Positions 1-9,031 of a stretch of DNA of 42,992 bases are shown here, piece after piece. This DNA comes from a virus: the UHGV virus genome UHGV-0205696, one strand, 5' to 3'. A program made the translations under genes and the position numbers. How positions within the stretch are numbered: the first letter of the stretch is position 1; every line of letters starts with the position of its first letter. The notes below the pieces were generated by a model. The model was not told where the DNA came from. It worked only from the letters and a program-made list of their open reading frames with translations, and ran no database searches.

Positions 1-1551
1 ATGACAAAAGCTAATTGGATAGACGTGTCATACTTCCAAGACCCTAGCAAGTTTGACTATCAAGCTGCTAAACAGGCTGGGATCCAAGGACTGATTATCC
101 GGGCTGGCTATGGTAAGACACAAGATACTACCGCTGCTCAGCATATCGCTAACGCCCAGAAGTACGGCTTCATGTGGCACTTGTATCATTATTGGTACAA
201 CATGGGCGGCGAAGCTGAATGGGCCGTTCAGAATGCTAAGAGCCTGGGGCTGACCGCTAATCAGTACCTCTTTCTGGACATGGAAGATAAGTCCCTGCCG
301 GCTGACTGGAATGGGCAATTTGCTGTGTTTCGCAAAGCAGTGGGGGATGCGTACAATGTCGGGCTCTACTGCTCCGACAGCCCCTACAAGGCCAAGTTCC
401 AGGATAGTCAGCTTCAACAGCTCAAGGTGGCCCGCTGGGTTGCCTCATATAGCTATGAGCCTGCCAACTACGACATCTGGCAGATGTCAGGTGCAGGTAG
501 CGGCGGCTTTGGCAGCTACACCGGCGACGTTGATCGTGACTACACGAAGAGCGATATACTCAGCCTGTACGCCACGACCAATGTCAATCCGGTGGTGACG
601 AAGCCGACCGCCGACTTGCAGTATATCCAGCCCATTATGCTCCAGCCTGGTTATGATACGGAAACCAATATCTACGGCCTAGGGTACTCTCCAGACAACG
701 GCGTACACTTCTATGTGACATACACCACGTTTGGTGCCAAGTACCGCCAGGAAGATGCTGACAGGATCTGGAAGTATCTGCAAGGGTTTGTTACCAAGCA
801 GATTGCGAGTGCCGTATCGCTTACCTGGGACAATATCAAGGGTAAGCCAGACGTGGCCCTTAAGACCGACATTCCTAGCCTTACCGATTATGCTAAGAAG
901 TCAGATCTACCCAAGCTGGATGATTACGCAAAGAAGACTGATATACCGCAGGCGCCGGACTTAACCGGCTATGCCAAGCTAAGTGACATACCTAAGCCAC
1001 CGGACTTGACGCCTTACGCCAAGACAAGCGAGGTCGATGAAGTAAAGGCAACTGCCGATAGCGCACTAAGCAAAGCGGAAGAGGCGCAATCAACGGCAGA
1101 CGCTAACAGCAAGGTTCTAGCTGACAAGGCTAACAAGTCGGAAATACCGGTTGTACCGACCGACTTGGTCCATACCGCTGAAATGGAGCAAGTCAAAGCC
1201 GAGGTTAGTCAAAATAAGCAGTTGGCTAATCAAGCAGTGACTGTTGCAAAAAATGCAAAGGCCGCTATTGATACCTCGGATGAATTCACAGTCAAAAAGC
1301 CTTCCGAGTATTCGGAGGGCTTTTCTCATGAGCTAAAACGAGTGGCGGTCATGATACCAGACCGGTCAGACCTGATTGAAAGTGCCCAGGCTGGGACGAT
1401 AGGCATTTTATCGACCGTGTCATATGGCGGCTACGCCCATCAGACACTCAAAGTGCTGGACAGTCAACGACCCATGACTTTCATTCGGAATGGCTCTGTC
1501 GATACCTGGTACCCGTGGGAAACTGTCACAACGACGATTACGGTTGATTGA
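1..1551 (+). CDS. Tail-associated protein: N-terminal GH25 muramidase domain, central repeats, C-terminal fibre-tip-like domain
   Basis: GH25 motifs IDVSYFQ, IIRAGYG, FLDMED, WQMSG, DVDRD; (P)DLTxYAKxSDIP repeats; follows Tal if the genome is circular. Confidence 0.75.
   Translation: MTKANWIDVSYFQDPSKFDYQAAKQAGIQGLIIRAGYGKTQDTTAAQHIANAQKYGFMWHLYHYWYNMGGEAEWAVQNAKSLGLTANQYLFLDMEDKSLPADWNGQFAVFRKAVGDAYNVGLYCSDSPYKAKFQDSQLQQLKVARWVASYSYEPANYDIWQMSGAGSGGFGSYTGDVDRDYTKSDILSLYATTNVNPVVTKPTADLQYIQPIMLQPGYDTETNIYGLGYSPDNGVHFYVTYTTFGAKYRQEDADRIWKYLQGFVTKQIASAVSLTWDNIKGKPDVALKTDIPSLTDYAKKSDLPKLDDYAKKTDIPQAPDLTGYAKLSDIPKPPDLTPYAKTSEVDEVKATADSALSKAEEAQSTADANSKVLADKANKSEIPVVPTDLVHTAEMEQVKAEVSQNKQLANQAVTVAKNAKAAIDTSDEFTVKKPSEYSEGFSHELKRVAVMIPDRSDLIESAQAGTIGILSTVSYGGYAHQTLKVLDSQRPMTFIRNGSVDTWYPWETVTTTITVD
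850..1035 (+). repeat. About 4-5 imperfect tandem coding repeats of 12-15 aa (DIPxLxDYAKKxD) in gene 1
   Basis: Translation ALKTDIPSLTDYAKKSDLPKLDDYAKKTDIPQAPDLTGYAKLSDIPKPPDLTPYAKTSE. Confidence 0.8.
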
Positions 1552-1561
1552 GGTGTGAAAC

Positions 1562-1969
1562 GTGAATCTAGTGGAATACTACAACAGTAACATTACGGCG
1601 ATTTACCAGCGGGTAATTGCTCTGTATAACAAGGGCCAGCCCGCCTACGAAGCCAACGTGGACGTGCCCAAACTGAGTTTAATTCCGGTACCCAAGCCGG
1701 GCGATAAGCTCAACCGGGCGGTCTACTTATGGACGATTGATTGCATTCGACAGCTGGAAGTGGTAGTAAACGCACTTATCGGTGTCTATAACGACAACGG
1801 CGTCATTGACTATGACGTGGGGGACACCCCCGAGGTCGAGTTGTGGTTGCCTGAGCGGCTAGCCATAGATGACATATATATCGCTAAGCTGTCAGATGAT
1901 TTTGAAGCATGTAATAAGGCCCTTGATGGCCTAGATAAAAACCTCCAGCCGTTCTTGGCTGGTGTCTAA
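1562..1969 (+). CDS. Hypothetical phage tail-region protein
   Basis: 135 aa ORF, GTG start with GAGGTG RBS, within the structural operon. Confidence 0.7.
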   Translation: MNLVEYYNSNITAIYQRVIALYNKGQPAYEANVDVPKLSLIPVPKPGDKLNRAVYLWTIDCIRQLEVVVNALIGVYNDNGVIDYDVGDTPEVELWLPERLAIDDIYIAKLSDDFEACNKALDGLDKNLQPFLAGV

Positions 1970-1991
1970 ACTATGAAAGGAGAGTGAAACG

Positions 1992-3308
1992 ATGGCAAAC
2001 AATCAAGGTGACGGAAGCCGGGTGCCGGTTGACTTAACCCGCTGGGAAGATGAAGTAATGGACATTAGCGGGAAGTTCAACGCACGGGCCGGTGATACCC
2101 AAGATTTTATCCCGATGTGGGTAAAAGATAACGGTTTCCCGGTTGATGTTCGTAATTGGAGCGTTGTCTATGGTGGTGCTGATAACTTAGGCGTTCCCCA
2201 CCGGCATGTAATCAAGCGGATTGGTGACTTGCCATTAAAGCGTGGCGACCAACCACGTGTAGGTAAGTTTACCCTGTTCTTTGATGAGCGGACTTTTAAC
2301 GTTCCCGGTAAGTGGGAGCAGTTCTTCGTTCAATTTATCAATGAAGAGGGCGAAACGGTATCGACTATCGACTTAGGCTTTGATGTCTTCGATAACAAAT
2401 TCTTCGCCTACATGGGCAAAGCAGAAGATACCTATGTCGAGGAGTTCCGTAAGTACCTGGACATGGTTGCTCAGGCCGCCGATGATGAGCAGACCAAAAT
2501 TAAGCAGACCGGCAAGGACTTCCAGGACAGCATGAAAACCTGGATGGATAAGTACAAGCAATCGCTGCTTGACGCTATCCAGGAAATCAACGACCCGAAG
2601 GACGGCTTGTACGTCCGCTACCAACAGCTGCTGTCAATGACTAAAGAAATCCAGGAAACTTTGAAAGCGGCGCAATTCCACGACCGTATCTTCCAGTACG
2701 CTACCGTGCAGGACATGAAAGATGCTGTTATGCCCCTGCCTGGTGACCTGGTGGTCACTCAAGGTTGGGAAGCCCGTGACGATGCTCGCGGGGGCTTCTG
2801 GCGAATCCGGGTCAAGCGTGATGGTGAAACGGCAACCAACGTCAATACGATTGAGTTGGGCACGGGCTACATCGCTGAGCGGGACTACGGCATTGTTGAA
2901 GATATGGCCCCAATCCACATGGGGACGGTCACTTATGAGGCAGTGCCAGACGCCAGCGGCTTCGTGGACTTAATGCCGCCCGTGCATATGTATGTGTCGA
3001 AGTATGGGGCCGGAATTGCCCAGGTCGACGTGGATATGGCCGGCGGGTCCGAGGTCAGCGAGGTTAAGGTGCAACCAGTTTTTGATGGCAACAAGTGCGA
3101 AATTTACATTTCGCCAGCCGACATTCGTTTCCGGATGCCGGACATCAATCTGGAAACGCCTAGCTCTGCTGAGTGCGATGGGCCAAACGTGTATGTGGTC
3201 ACTGACATCTATACGCTGACCATTGCACTCAAGGGGACTAAGGCCACTGGCTTCACAATTGATAAGGAATTTATCACGCAGTACAAGGACCTAATGACAA
3301 ACTTATAG
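1992..3308 (+). CDS. Baseplate upper protein (BppU-like N-terminal domain)
   Basis: N-terminal R-x-GD...STIDLGFDV pattern typical of BppU_N, then a coiled coil; AAAGGAG RBS; position after Tal. Confidence 0.65.
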   Translation: MANNQGDGSRVPVDLTRWEDEVMDISGKFNARAGDTQDFIPMWVKDNGFPVDVRNWSVVYGGADNLGVPHRHVIKRIGDLPLKRGDQPRVGKFTLFFDERTFNVPGKWEQFFVQFINEEGETVSTIDLGFDVFDNKFFAYMGKAEDTYVEEFRKYLDMVAQAADDEQTKIKQTGKDFQDSMKTWMDKYKQSLLDAIQEINDPKDGLYVRYQQLLSMTKEIQETLKAAQFHDRIFQYATVQDMKDAVMPLPGDLVVTQGWEARDDARGGFWRIRVKRDGETATNVNTIELGTGYIAERDYGIVEDMAPIHMGTVTYEAVPDASGFVDLMPPVHMYVSKYGAGIAQVDVDMAGGSEVSEVKVQPVFDGNKCEIYISPADIRFRMPDINLETPSSAECDGPNVYVVTDIYTLTIALKGTKATGFTIDKEFITQYKDLMTNL

Positions 3309-3318
3309 GAGGTATAAC

Positions 3319-3741
3319 ATGGCTGATGAACTGAAAATGGTGCGCGGCGAAGGCTTGTGGCAAGACAAGTACAACCGCCTCGTTGATACCGTAGAAAAAA
3401 TGGGAGGGGTAGTTGACGGCCTCCAGTGGTCGAGTAGAACAGACTTGGGTATCGTGTTGCCTGCTGGTCTCAAGTTTGATGACCAACATTGGTATACGTA
3501 TGCCAAAATCGGCAATCGGACTATATGTCATTTGCATATGGGGCTAAAAGTTACTGGAGATATTCAAGGAACTATCACTTTGCCGGATTCGGCAAAACCT
3601 TGGGCTCCAATTCAGGGCCTAGCAAATGATCATACATGGTGGGCATACTTTGGGACTATTGGTTTTTACCAGCTTGCTAACCAGCGTCAACTCGCAGCAA
3701 ACGATACGATGCTTGTCGATGCGATGTATACAGTAGATTAG
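3319..3741 (+). CDS. Small tail-tip or receptor-binding-like protein
   Basis: AGGAGG RBS; beta-rich C-terminal half; follows the BppU-like gene. Confidence 0.5.
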   Translation: MADELKMVRGEGLWQDKYNRLVDTVEKMGGVVDGLQWSSRTDLGIVLPAGLKFDDQHWYTYAKIGNRTICHLHMGLKVTGDIQGTITLPDSAKPWAPIQGLANDHTWWAYFGTIGFYQLANQRQLAANDTMLVDAMYTVD

Positions 3742-3763
3742 CCGGGTATAATGCCCGGCTTTT
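3740..3763 (+). terminator. Putative intrinsic terminator
   Basis: AGCCGGG-tataatg-CCCGGCT followed by TTT. Confidence 0.5.
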
Positions 3764-3786
3764 AATATGGAAAAGGAGGAAACGAA

Positions 3787-4182
3787 ATGAAAGGACTTTA
3801 TCGCGCTGAACCAGTCAACCGTACCTTTGTCAGCTCTGACGTGGTTGCGGACGACTACCAGCTCAAAGACAACGAAACTTTTGAGGACCCAAGCGGTAAG
3901 CTGTCGCCTGCTAAGCTGACAGCAACAGGCGGCCCTTGGATTGACGCTACCGAAGAGGAGCACAAGGCTTACATGGAAGCCCAGCGGAAGGCATGGGCGG
4001 CTCAGAACCCTGGTGCTCTGCAACCGCAAGAGCCTGACAAGGGTGACCAGGCTTTAGCAGCACTAGGCCAGCAGGTCGGCCAAATGATGGTTAATGACGC
4101 CAAGCGTGACCAAGCTGTCCAAGCACTGGGGCAACAACTCGCAACGTTTATTGCAACTAACAAAAACGGAGGTACCAACTAA
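3787..4182 (+). CDS. Hypothetical protein (XkdW-like, tail fibre assembly position)
   Basis: AAGGAGG RBS; C-terminal coiled coil; directly precedes an XkdX-like gene. Confidence 0.6.
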   Translation: MKGLYRAEPVNRTFVSSDVVADDYQLKDNETFEDPSGKLSPAKLTATGGPWIDATEEEHKAYMEAQRKAWAAQNPGALQPQEPDKGDQALAALGQQVGQMMVNDAKRDQAVQALGQQLATFIATNKNGGTN

Positions 4183-4346
4183 TGACTAATCAAATGTTTA
4201 CTTTCTGTCAAATTATGTATAGCATGAACCCTAGTTTTGACCTTGCTTACTACGTTAAGCTCGGCGATGTTGTTCTTACCAGGGAAGGCTACAAGCAAAT
4301 TACCGGTAAAGACTACGCGGAGCCAGTAGCAGCACCAGCTGTCTAG
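4182..4346 (+). CDS. XkdX-family small protein (54 aa; not in ORF track)
   Basis: MTNQMFTF...YYVKLGDVVLTREGYKQITGKDY matches the XkdX pattern; GGAGG RBS; TAATG coupling. Confidence 0.75.
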   Translation: MTNQMFTFCQIMYSMNPSFDLAYYVKLGDVVLTREGYKQITGKDYAEPVAAPAV

Positions 4347-4357
4347 TCAGATAACAT

Positions 4358-4428
4358 AGTCGCCGAAGAAATACACAATACATAAAGAAGCCTCACTCAG
4401 ACGAGCGAGGCTTTTATTATGGGCGGCT
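4358..4428 (+). ncRNA. Putative cis-regulatory structured RNA, copy 1
   Basis: AGTCGCC...GAAATAcACAATAC-[hairpin]-GGGCGGCT; near-identical core at 34300-34335. Confidence 0.5.
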
Positions 4429-4445
4429 TTTAGGGAGGTGAGCAA

Positions 4446-4772
4446 ATGCATCATTACATGGGGTACTCACTAGACGAGTGGTTAGCAATCGTGACTATCA
4501 TTTCCTTTGCGGGTGGCGTGCTTATCTGGCTACTCAATGTTGCAATAAAAAATGGTACAGAGAACCTGTCAAACTCAGTTAAGACTTTGATTAATCAAAT
4601 GGACAATTTAAGCCATTCTATCAGCTCAATTGGATCTTCAGCAAGAAGGACCGAGGACCGTGTTGATCGCCTGGAAGATAAGTTTGAGGAACACATCGGG
4701 GAAGCAAAAGTGAGAAATATCCGTATCAAGAACTTGGAGCATGAAGTGTTTGACCGAAAGGGGAAAGAATAA
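4446..4772 (+). CDS. Lysis-module membrane protein (one TM segment plus coiled coil; holin accessory)
   Basis: Hydrophobic WLAIVTIISFAGGVLIWLL, then coiled coil; upstream of holin. Confidence 0.65.
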   Translation: MHHYMGYSLDEWLAIVTIISFAGGVLIWLLNVAIKNGTENLSNSVKTLINQMDNLSHSISSIGSSARRTEDRVDRLEDKFEEHIGEAKVRNIRIKNLEHEVFDRKGKE

Positions 4773-5161
4773 TGATGAAGTTAATTACTGATATTGGAAA
4801 CTGGTTAGTACAGTCTGGGGCCTTGGTCACCCTTGCTGTCTTTGCATGGAAGTACCTCAAGCCCGTCATGGTAGAGAAGCAAAAACACGCTAAGACTGTG
4901 CAAGAAAAGGAACTGCTGGGCCTGGTCAATTCTCTGGCCGACAATGCGGTCAACTCGCTGGTAGGGGCTCAGGGCGTTACTGGCCCCGACAAATTTAAGG
5001 AGGCAACCAAGATTGTTGGCGGCACGCTAGCGGATAAGGGATTTGATGTACACCGGGAAATGGTCGAACACGCCGTCCAGGCCGCTTACGAGAAAAGCGA
5101 CCTGACGCCAACTGTTGATCCAGATAAGGCACCACAAACCGGGGTGGTAGTTCATGACTAA
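4772..5161 (+). CDS. Holin (LL-H family-like)
   Basis: One N-terminal TM segment; AVNSL...GPDKFKEA...VEHAVQAAY pattern; directly upstream of endolysin. Confidence 0.8.
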   Translation: MMKLITDIGNWLVQSGALVTLAVFAWKYLKPVMVEKQKHAKTVQEKELLGLVNSLADNAVNSLVGAQGVTGPDKFKEATKIVGGTLADKGFDVHREMVEHAVQAAYEKSDLTPTVDPDKAPQTGVVVHD

Positions 5162-6593
5162 TCACGGATATGTACTGGACGTGTCCGCCTTTCAACCGCA
5201 GGCTTGCTACTTCAACTTCTGGTCTAAATGGAAAGCTCGTGGTGTAAAGGGCGGTATCGTCAAACTCTCAGAGGGCACCGGCTGGACTAATGGCTATGGT
5301 GCCGGGCAGATAGCCGCTATTAAGCACGAGGGCCTGATGGCATCTGGTTACCACTTCTCACGGTTCCGTGGGAACTCATATCAAGCTGTACAAGAAGCGA
5401 ACCTTGCTATCGCTTGTGCTCGTCAGATGGGATTGCCACAGGGCGCCCCACTGGTGTTGGACTACGAAGAACGCCTGGGCTACCGGTCAAGCAACACTCA
5501 AGCGGCCATTGCCTTCTTGAAGTGCGTCAAGGCGGCTGGCTATCGTCCGGTCTTCTACTCGTACTCTGGCATGGCTAGTCTGTGGGACTTTGAAGCTATC
5601 CATGCGGCCACTGGTGCCGTCATGTGGATTGCGGCATATCCTACGCTTGCGGGTGTTACGGCGCCTAACATGGCATACTTCCCAGGCATCAGTAACTTTA
5701 TTTGCGCCTGGCAGTTTACCGATAACTTCTTTGGCGAGCATATTGACGGTTCAATCGACCTTACGGGGGTGTTTACAGGTATGACAGAACAAAAGATTAC
5801 CAGTGGCGGCCACTTGGATGACTGCCACTTTGAAGATGGTAAGCTGGTCGTTGGCGGCTGGTTTGCCAGTGACAAAGCGAACGGCAAGGGCAACCACTAT
5901 GTCATTATCACCGATGACCAGGGACACGAGTTTGCCCGGCAGAGCGTGGCCTTGTCACCACGTCCTGATGTGGCTAAGGCGTTCCCAGATATTCCGGGGG
6001 CTGGTCAGTCTGGATTTGCGGCCAAATTTGACTACACAGCAGACATGGCTGGTAAGAAGCTGCGTGTCTACTTCCGGTACACGGACGACCCAGCAGGCAA
6101 TGGCAATGCGGTAGATTACACCAGCTTAGTTGATATGACTAAGTCGGCCGCCTACCTGGATAGCATGAGCGTGTCCTTTGGCAAGCAGCTACATGTCGCA
6201 GGTTGGTTTGCGTCTGACTTGTCCATTGGCAAGCAGCATCGCTTCGTCATTCTGTTTGACGCGGCTGCCAACCGGGAACTGCAACGGGTCAAGGTTGATT
6301 CTGCGGCTCGCCCAGATGTGGCCAAGGCTCAATCTGCCATCTATGGATCCGGGCAATCCGGCTTCAATGCGGCCTTTGACTATGACGCTAGTCTGGTCGG
6401 CCATAAGCTCCAAATTATTGCTCGCTACTCTGACGAAGAGCATGGCGAAGGTAAGTACGTCGACTACTGGTTTGAGCCGTTCCAGGGGCCATCTATGCCG
6501 GTCCTTGATGGTAAGACGGAGCAGACGTTTGTCGCGCATGACATTAGTGTAAGTCGTCAGCAGGACGGAACCCTGCTAGTTAATGCAAAATAA
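5154..6593 (+). CDS. lys: Endolysin: GH25 muramidase plus two repeated C-terminal cell-wall-binding domains
   Basis: LDVSAFQ, VKLSEG, GYHF, LDYEE, AWQFTD, IDGS GH25 motifs; two ~110 aa repeats containing RPDV-x12-SGF. Confidence 0.9.
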   Translation: MTNHGYVLDVSAFQPQACYFNFWSKWKARGVKGGIVKLSEGTGWTNGYGAGQIAAIKHEGLMASGYHFSRFRGNSYQAVQEANLAIACARQMGLPQGAPLVLDYEERLGYRSSNTQAAIAFLKCVKAAGYRPVFYSYSGMASLWDFEAIHAATGAVMWIAAYPTLAGVTAPNMAYFPGISNFICAWQFTDNFFGEHIDGSIDLTGVFTGMTEQKITSGGHLDDCHFEDGKLVVGGWFASDKANGKGNHYVIITDDQGHEFARQSVALSPRPDVAKAFPDIPGAGQSGFAAKFDYTADMAGKKLRVYFRYTDDPAGNGNAVDYTSLVDMTKSAAYLDSMSVSFGKQLHVAGWFASDLSIGKQHRFVILFDAAANRELQRVKVDSAARPDVAKAQSAIYGSGQSGFNAAFDYDASLVGHKLQIIARYSDEEHGEGKYVDYWFEPFQGPSMPVLDGKTEQTFVAHDISVSRQQDGTLLVNAK

Positions 6594-6635
6594 AAAAGAA
6601 TGGAGATGAAAAGTCTCCCTTCAAAAGTTAACCGT

Positions 6636-6674
6636 GACCCGGGCCTGTGTGGAAGCAGGTGCCGGGTCTTTTTT
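6636..6674 (+). terminator. Intrinsic terminator of the late/lysis operon
   Basis: GACCCGG...CCGGGTC stem followed by T6. Confidence 0.75.
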
Positions 6675-6719
6675 AGTATGGTATACTATTGAAGTCTCCT
6701 TTTTGGGGATTACCTTACA

Positions 6720-6748
6720 TGGCCTCACTTCGGTGGGGCCACTTTTTT
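6720..6748 (+). terminator. Intrinsic terminator with cUUCGg tetraloop
   Basis: TGGCCTCAC-TTCG-GTGGGGCCA followed by a T run. Confidence 0.7.
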
Positions 6749-6783
6749 GTTCATAAAAATGGATATTTTATAGTCCAAAAGTA

Positions 6784-6811
6784 TTGCATAATATCCAAAA
6801 CGTGGTAATAT
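6784..6811 (+). promoter_or_regulatory. Sigma-A-type promoter of the accessory operon
   Basis: TTGCAT-N16-TAATAT with TG extended -10; AAAGGAG RBS before 6854. Confidence 0.5.
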
Positions 6812-6853
6812 ATAGTTGTAAGGTAATTAGGGAAAACAAAGGAGATAATTATT

Positions 6854-7312
6854 ATGAAAAGCTACAACAATAGTGAAACAATAAAAGTGTTAGTGCCGGC
6901 CGTTCAAGATGCTCGTGGTGAAGTTGAAAGCACTGACTTCATGGACGACTTGCTTGAAGAAACGATTTGCAGCATCCGTGAAAAATTACTCATCAAGGAC
7001 GAGAAAGAAGCAACTAAGGCCCTTGAGGACACTCAAGGTGGTCAATGGTTCATCATCGGATTCTTGCAAAGTTTTGACACTAAGCGGTACACAGAAGAAC
7101 GTCCACAAGATTACACTGATATTTACCAGTACGTAAAGCCGATGGCAGTCAAGGATGCCGCTACCGCTGGTAATCTGTACTTACAGTACCGAGCAGCTCT
7201 CTACTTGATTGACGCGGTGGCCGCTACCTTTGGTAAGAAAGCAGAAATAACTCATTCCACTCCAGAAAACATTGATAAGCTTATCCACACCATTGAAAAT
7301 AGGGACTTTTAA
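6854..7312 (+). CDS. Hypothetical protein, first gene of the accessory operon
   Basis: 152 aa ORF, strong RBS, TAATG coupling to the next gene. Confidence 0.7.
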   Translation: MKSYNNSETIKVLVPAVQDARGEVESTDFMDDLLEETICSIREKLLIKDEKEATKALEDTQGGQWFIIGFLQSFDTKRYTEERPQDYTDIYQYVKPMAVKDAATAGNLYLQYRAALYLIDAVAATFGKKAEITHSTPENIDKLIHTIENRDF

Positions 7313-7866
7313 TGGAAATGGGCAGAGTTAGGGTAGGATTCGGGTTTGCTTGCGACCTCATCGACTGCTATCCGCATTCACCGTATAAAATTGACTATGA
7401 CACACTTGACAATTACACAATGATGGTTGATGTGATAGCACCGGTCAACAAGCTTAGCAAGATAAAAGCAATTTATCATGAGTCACTGCGCCAGCGAGAA
7501 AAGGCTGAAGCAATGCGAAAGTATCGTACCCATCGATACTTTTATTTTACTAACCATGATATTGAGGCCATGACAGCTAAGGGAATCTTAATTCGGCTCA
7601 ATAACCAGGTTAAGTTCTGGTTCCCTAAGCACTATGTTTCTACTGAAAAAAACTACTACGAAGGGTTTATTCCTCGATGGTTAGAGAATGAGTTAAAAAA
7701 AGCTGGCACCCCATATTCACTCAGCAAGTACGACATTTGGCAAGCACTAGGCAACCCCAAACGGGTAGCTGAAAACACAGAACCAGTTGCTTTGTATGAA
7801 GACCACCACGTACCGCCAAAGCTAAAGCCAAAGGAAGTGAGTGCCGATGATCGGCTTAAACGATGA
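7312..7866 (+). CDS. Hypothetical protein, accessory operon
   Basis: 184 aa ORF overlapping both neighbours. Confidence 0.7.
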   Translation: MEMGRVRVGFGFACDLIDCYPHSPYKIDYDTLDNYTMMVDVIAPVNKLSKIKAIYHESLRQREKAEAMRKYRTHRYFYFTNHDIEAMTAKGILIRLNNQVKFWFPKHYVSTEKNYYEGFIPRWLENELKKAGTPYSLSKYDIWQALGNPKRVAENTEPVALYEDHHVPPKLKPKEVSADDRLKR

Positions 7867-9031
7867 ACAAAGCCAGGCCATCGAGAAATTGGAAAAACTT
7901 AAAGTTGGAGCCTTGTTCATGGAGCCAGGTACAGGCAAAACACGAGCAGCCATTGAACTAATCAATTCTTCACAGGCTGATTTTGTTCTATGGATTGTGC
8001 CTTTCCAGACTAAGAAAAACTTGCGCAGGGAACTTGACAAGTGGGGGCTCACCAAACCATGTCGAATTGAAGGCGTGGAATCATTAAGTAACTCTGACCG
8101 TCTTTACTTAGAATTACTTGACCAGCTCAAACAGTATCAGCGAGTCTTTATGGTCGTAGATGAATCACTTAAAATTAAAAATCGTTGGGCTAAGCGTACT
8201 AAAAGGGTACTAAAACTAGGTGAACTAACTTACTACCGGTTGATCTTAAATGGTACGCCACTTAGCCGTAACATTTTAGACCTATGGGCTCAGATGGAAT
8301 TTCTTAGTCCACTGATTTTGAAAATGAACTTTTACGAATACAAGTACAAGTTCTGTGAGTATTCCACATTAATTGGCGGGGATGGAAGCCGCCGTGAATA
8401 CATAAGTGGCTATGCCAATGTGGCTTATCTGTATTCGCTGATTGAACCTTATGTTTTTGACGCCAAGCTGAATCTTAGGATTGCCGAAAATGAAAAGCAT
8501 ATAGAATACTGGCTTGCAAACGAATCTGAGTACTTAGCTTTAAAGCAGCGATTGCTTTCAGAAATTGCTAGCATGGATGATTATGATGTAATGGGTATTA
8601 TGCAGCAGATGCAACAAAGCTATTCACTGGACATGGGTAAGCTGGACGCCCTAAAAGATTTAATGGCAAGATTAAAACGACCAACCATTATTTTTGTTCG
8701 GTATATTCGGACACAGGAAAGACTAAGAGAACTTTATCCAGATAGCTTAGTGCTAACTTATGGGAAGGGAGCACTAGGGCTGAACTTACAAAAGTATAAG
8801 AACATTGTTTTCTTTGATAAAACCTGGGACTATGCTCAGCTTGAGCAAGCCAAACGCCGTATCTATCGACTAGGCCAATCAGAAGACGTTCGTTACTACT
8901 TTATGGATGGCCGTATAGGATTAGAAAAGATGATTAATGCCTGCATTGATAAGAAGACCACTATGTTAAAAGATTTTAAGTATGCCAGCAAACAAATGGG
9001 AAGAAAGGAGTGGATAAAGAATGCCGTCTAA
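7847..9031 (+). CDS. SNF2/SF2-family helicase-like ATPase
   Basis: Walker A MEPGTGKT, motif II VDES, motif III LNGTP, motif V GLNLQ, motif VI QAKRRIYRLGQ; start may be 7841 or 7847. Confidence 0.9.
   Translation: MIGLNDEQSQAIEKLEKLKVGALFMEPGTGKTRAAIELINSSQADFVLWIVPFQTKKNLRRELDKWGLTKPCRIEGVESLSNSDRLYLELLDQLKQYQRVFMVVDESLKIKNRWAKRTKRVLKLGELTYYRLILNGTPLSRNILDLWAQMEFLSPLILKMNFYEYKYKFCEYSTLIGGDGSRREYISGYANVAYLYSLIEPYVFDAKLNLRIAENEKHIEYWLANESEYLALKQRLLSEIASMDDYDVMGIMQQMQQSYSLDMGKLDALKDLMARLKRPTIIFVRYIRTQERLRELYPDSLVLTYGKGALGLNLQKYKNIVFFDKTWDYAQLEQAKRRIYRLGQSEDVRYYFMDGRIGLEKMINACIDKKTTMLKDFKYASKQMGRKEWIKNAV

Noticed and set aside
1..4346. Diversity-generating retroelement or invertible tail-fibre cassette
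   Set aside because: No reverse transcriptase or DNA invertase is encoded, and I saw no template/variable repeat pair
4772..4780. Holin dual-start motif
   Set aside because: The sequence is Met-Met-Lys, with no charged residue between the two Met codons, unlike the lambda S Met-Lys-Met motif
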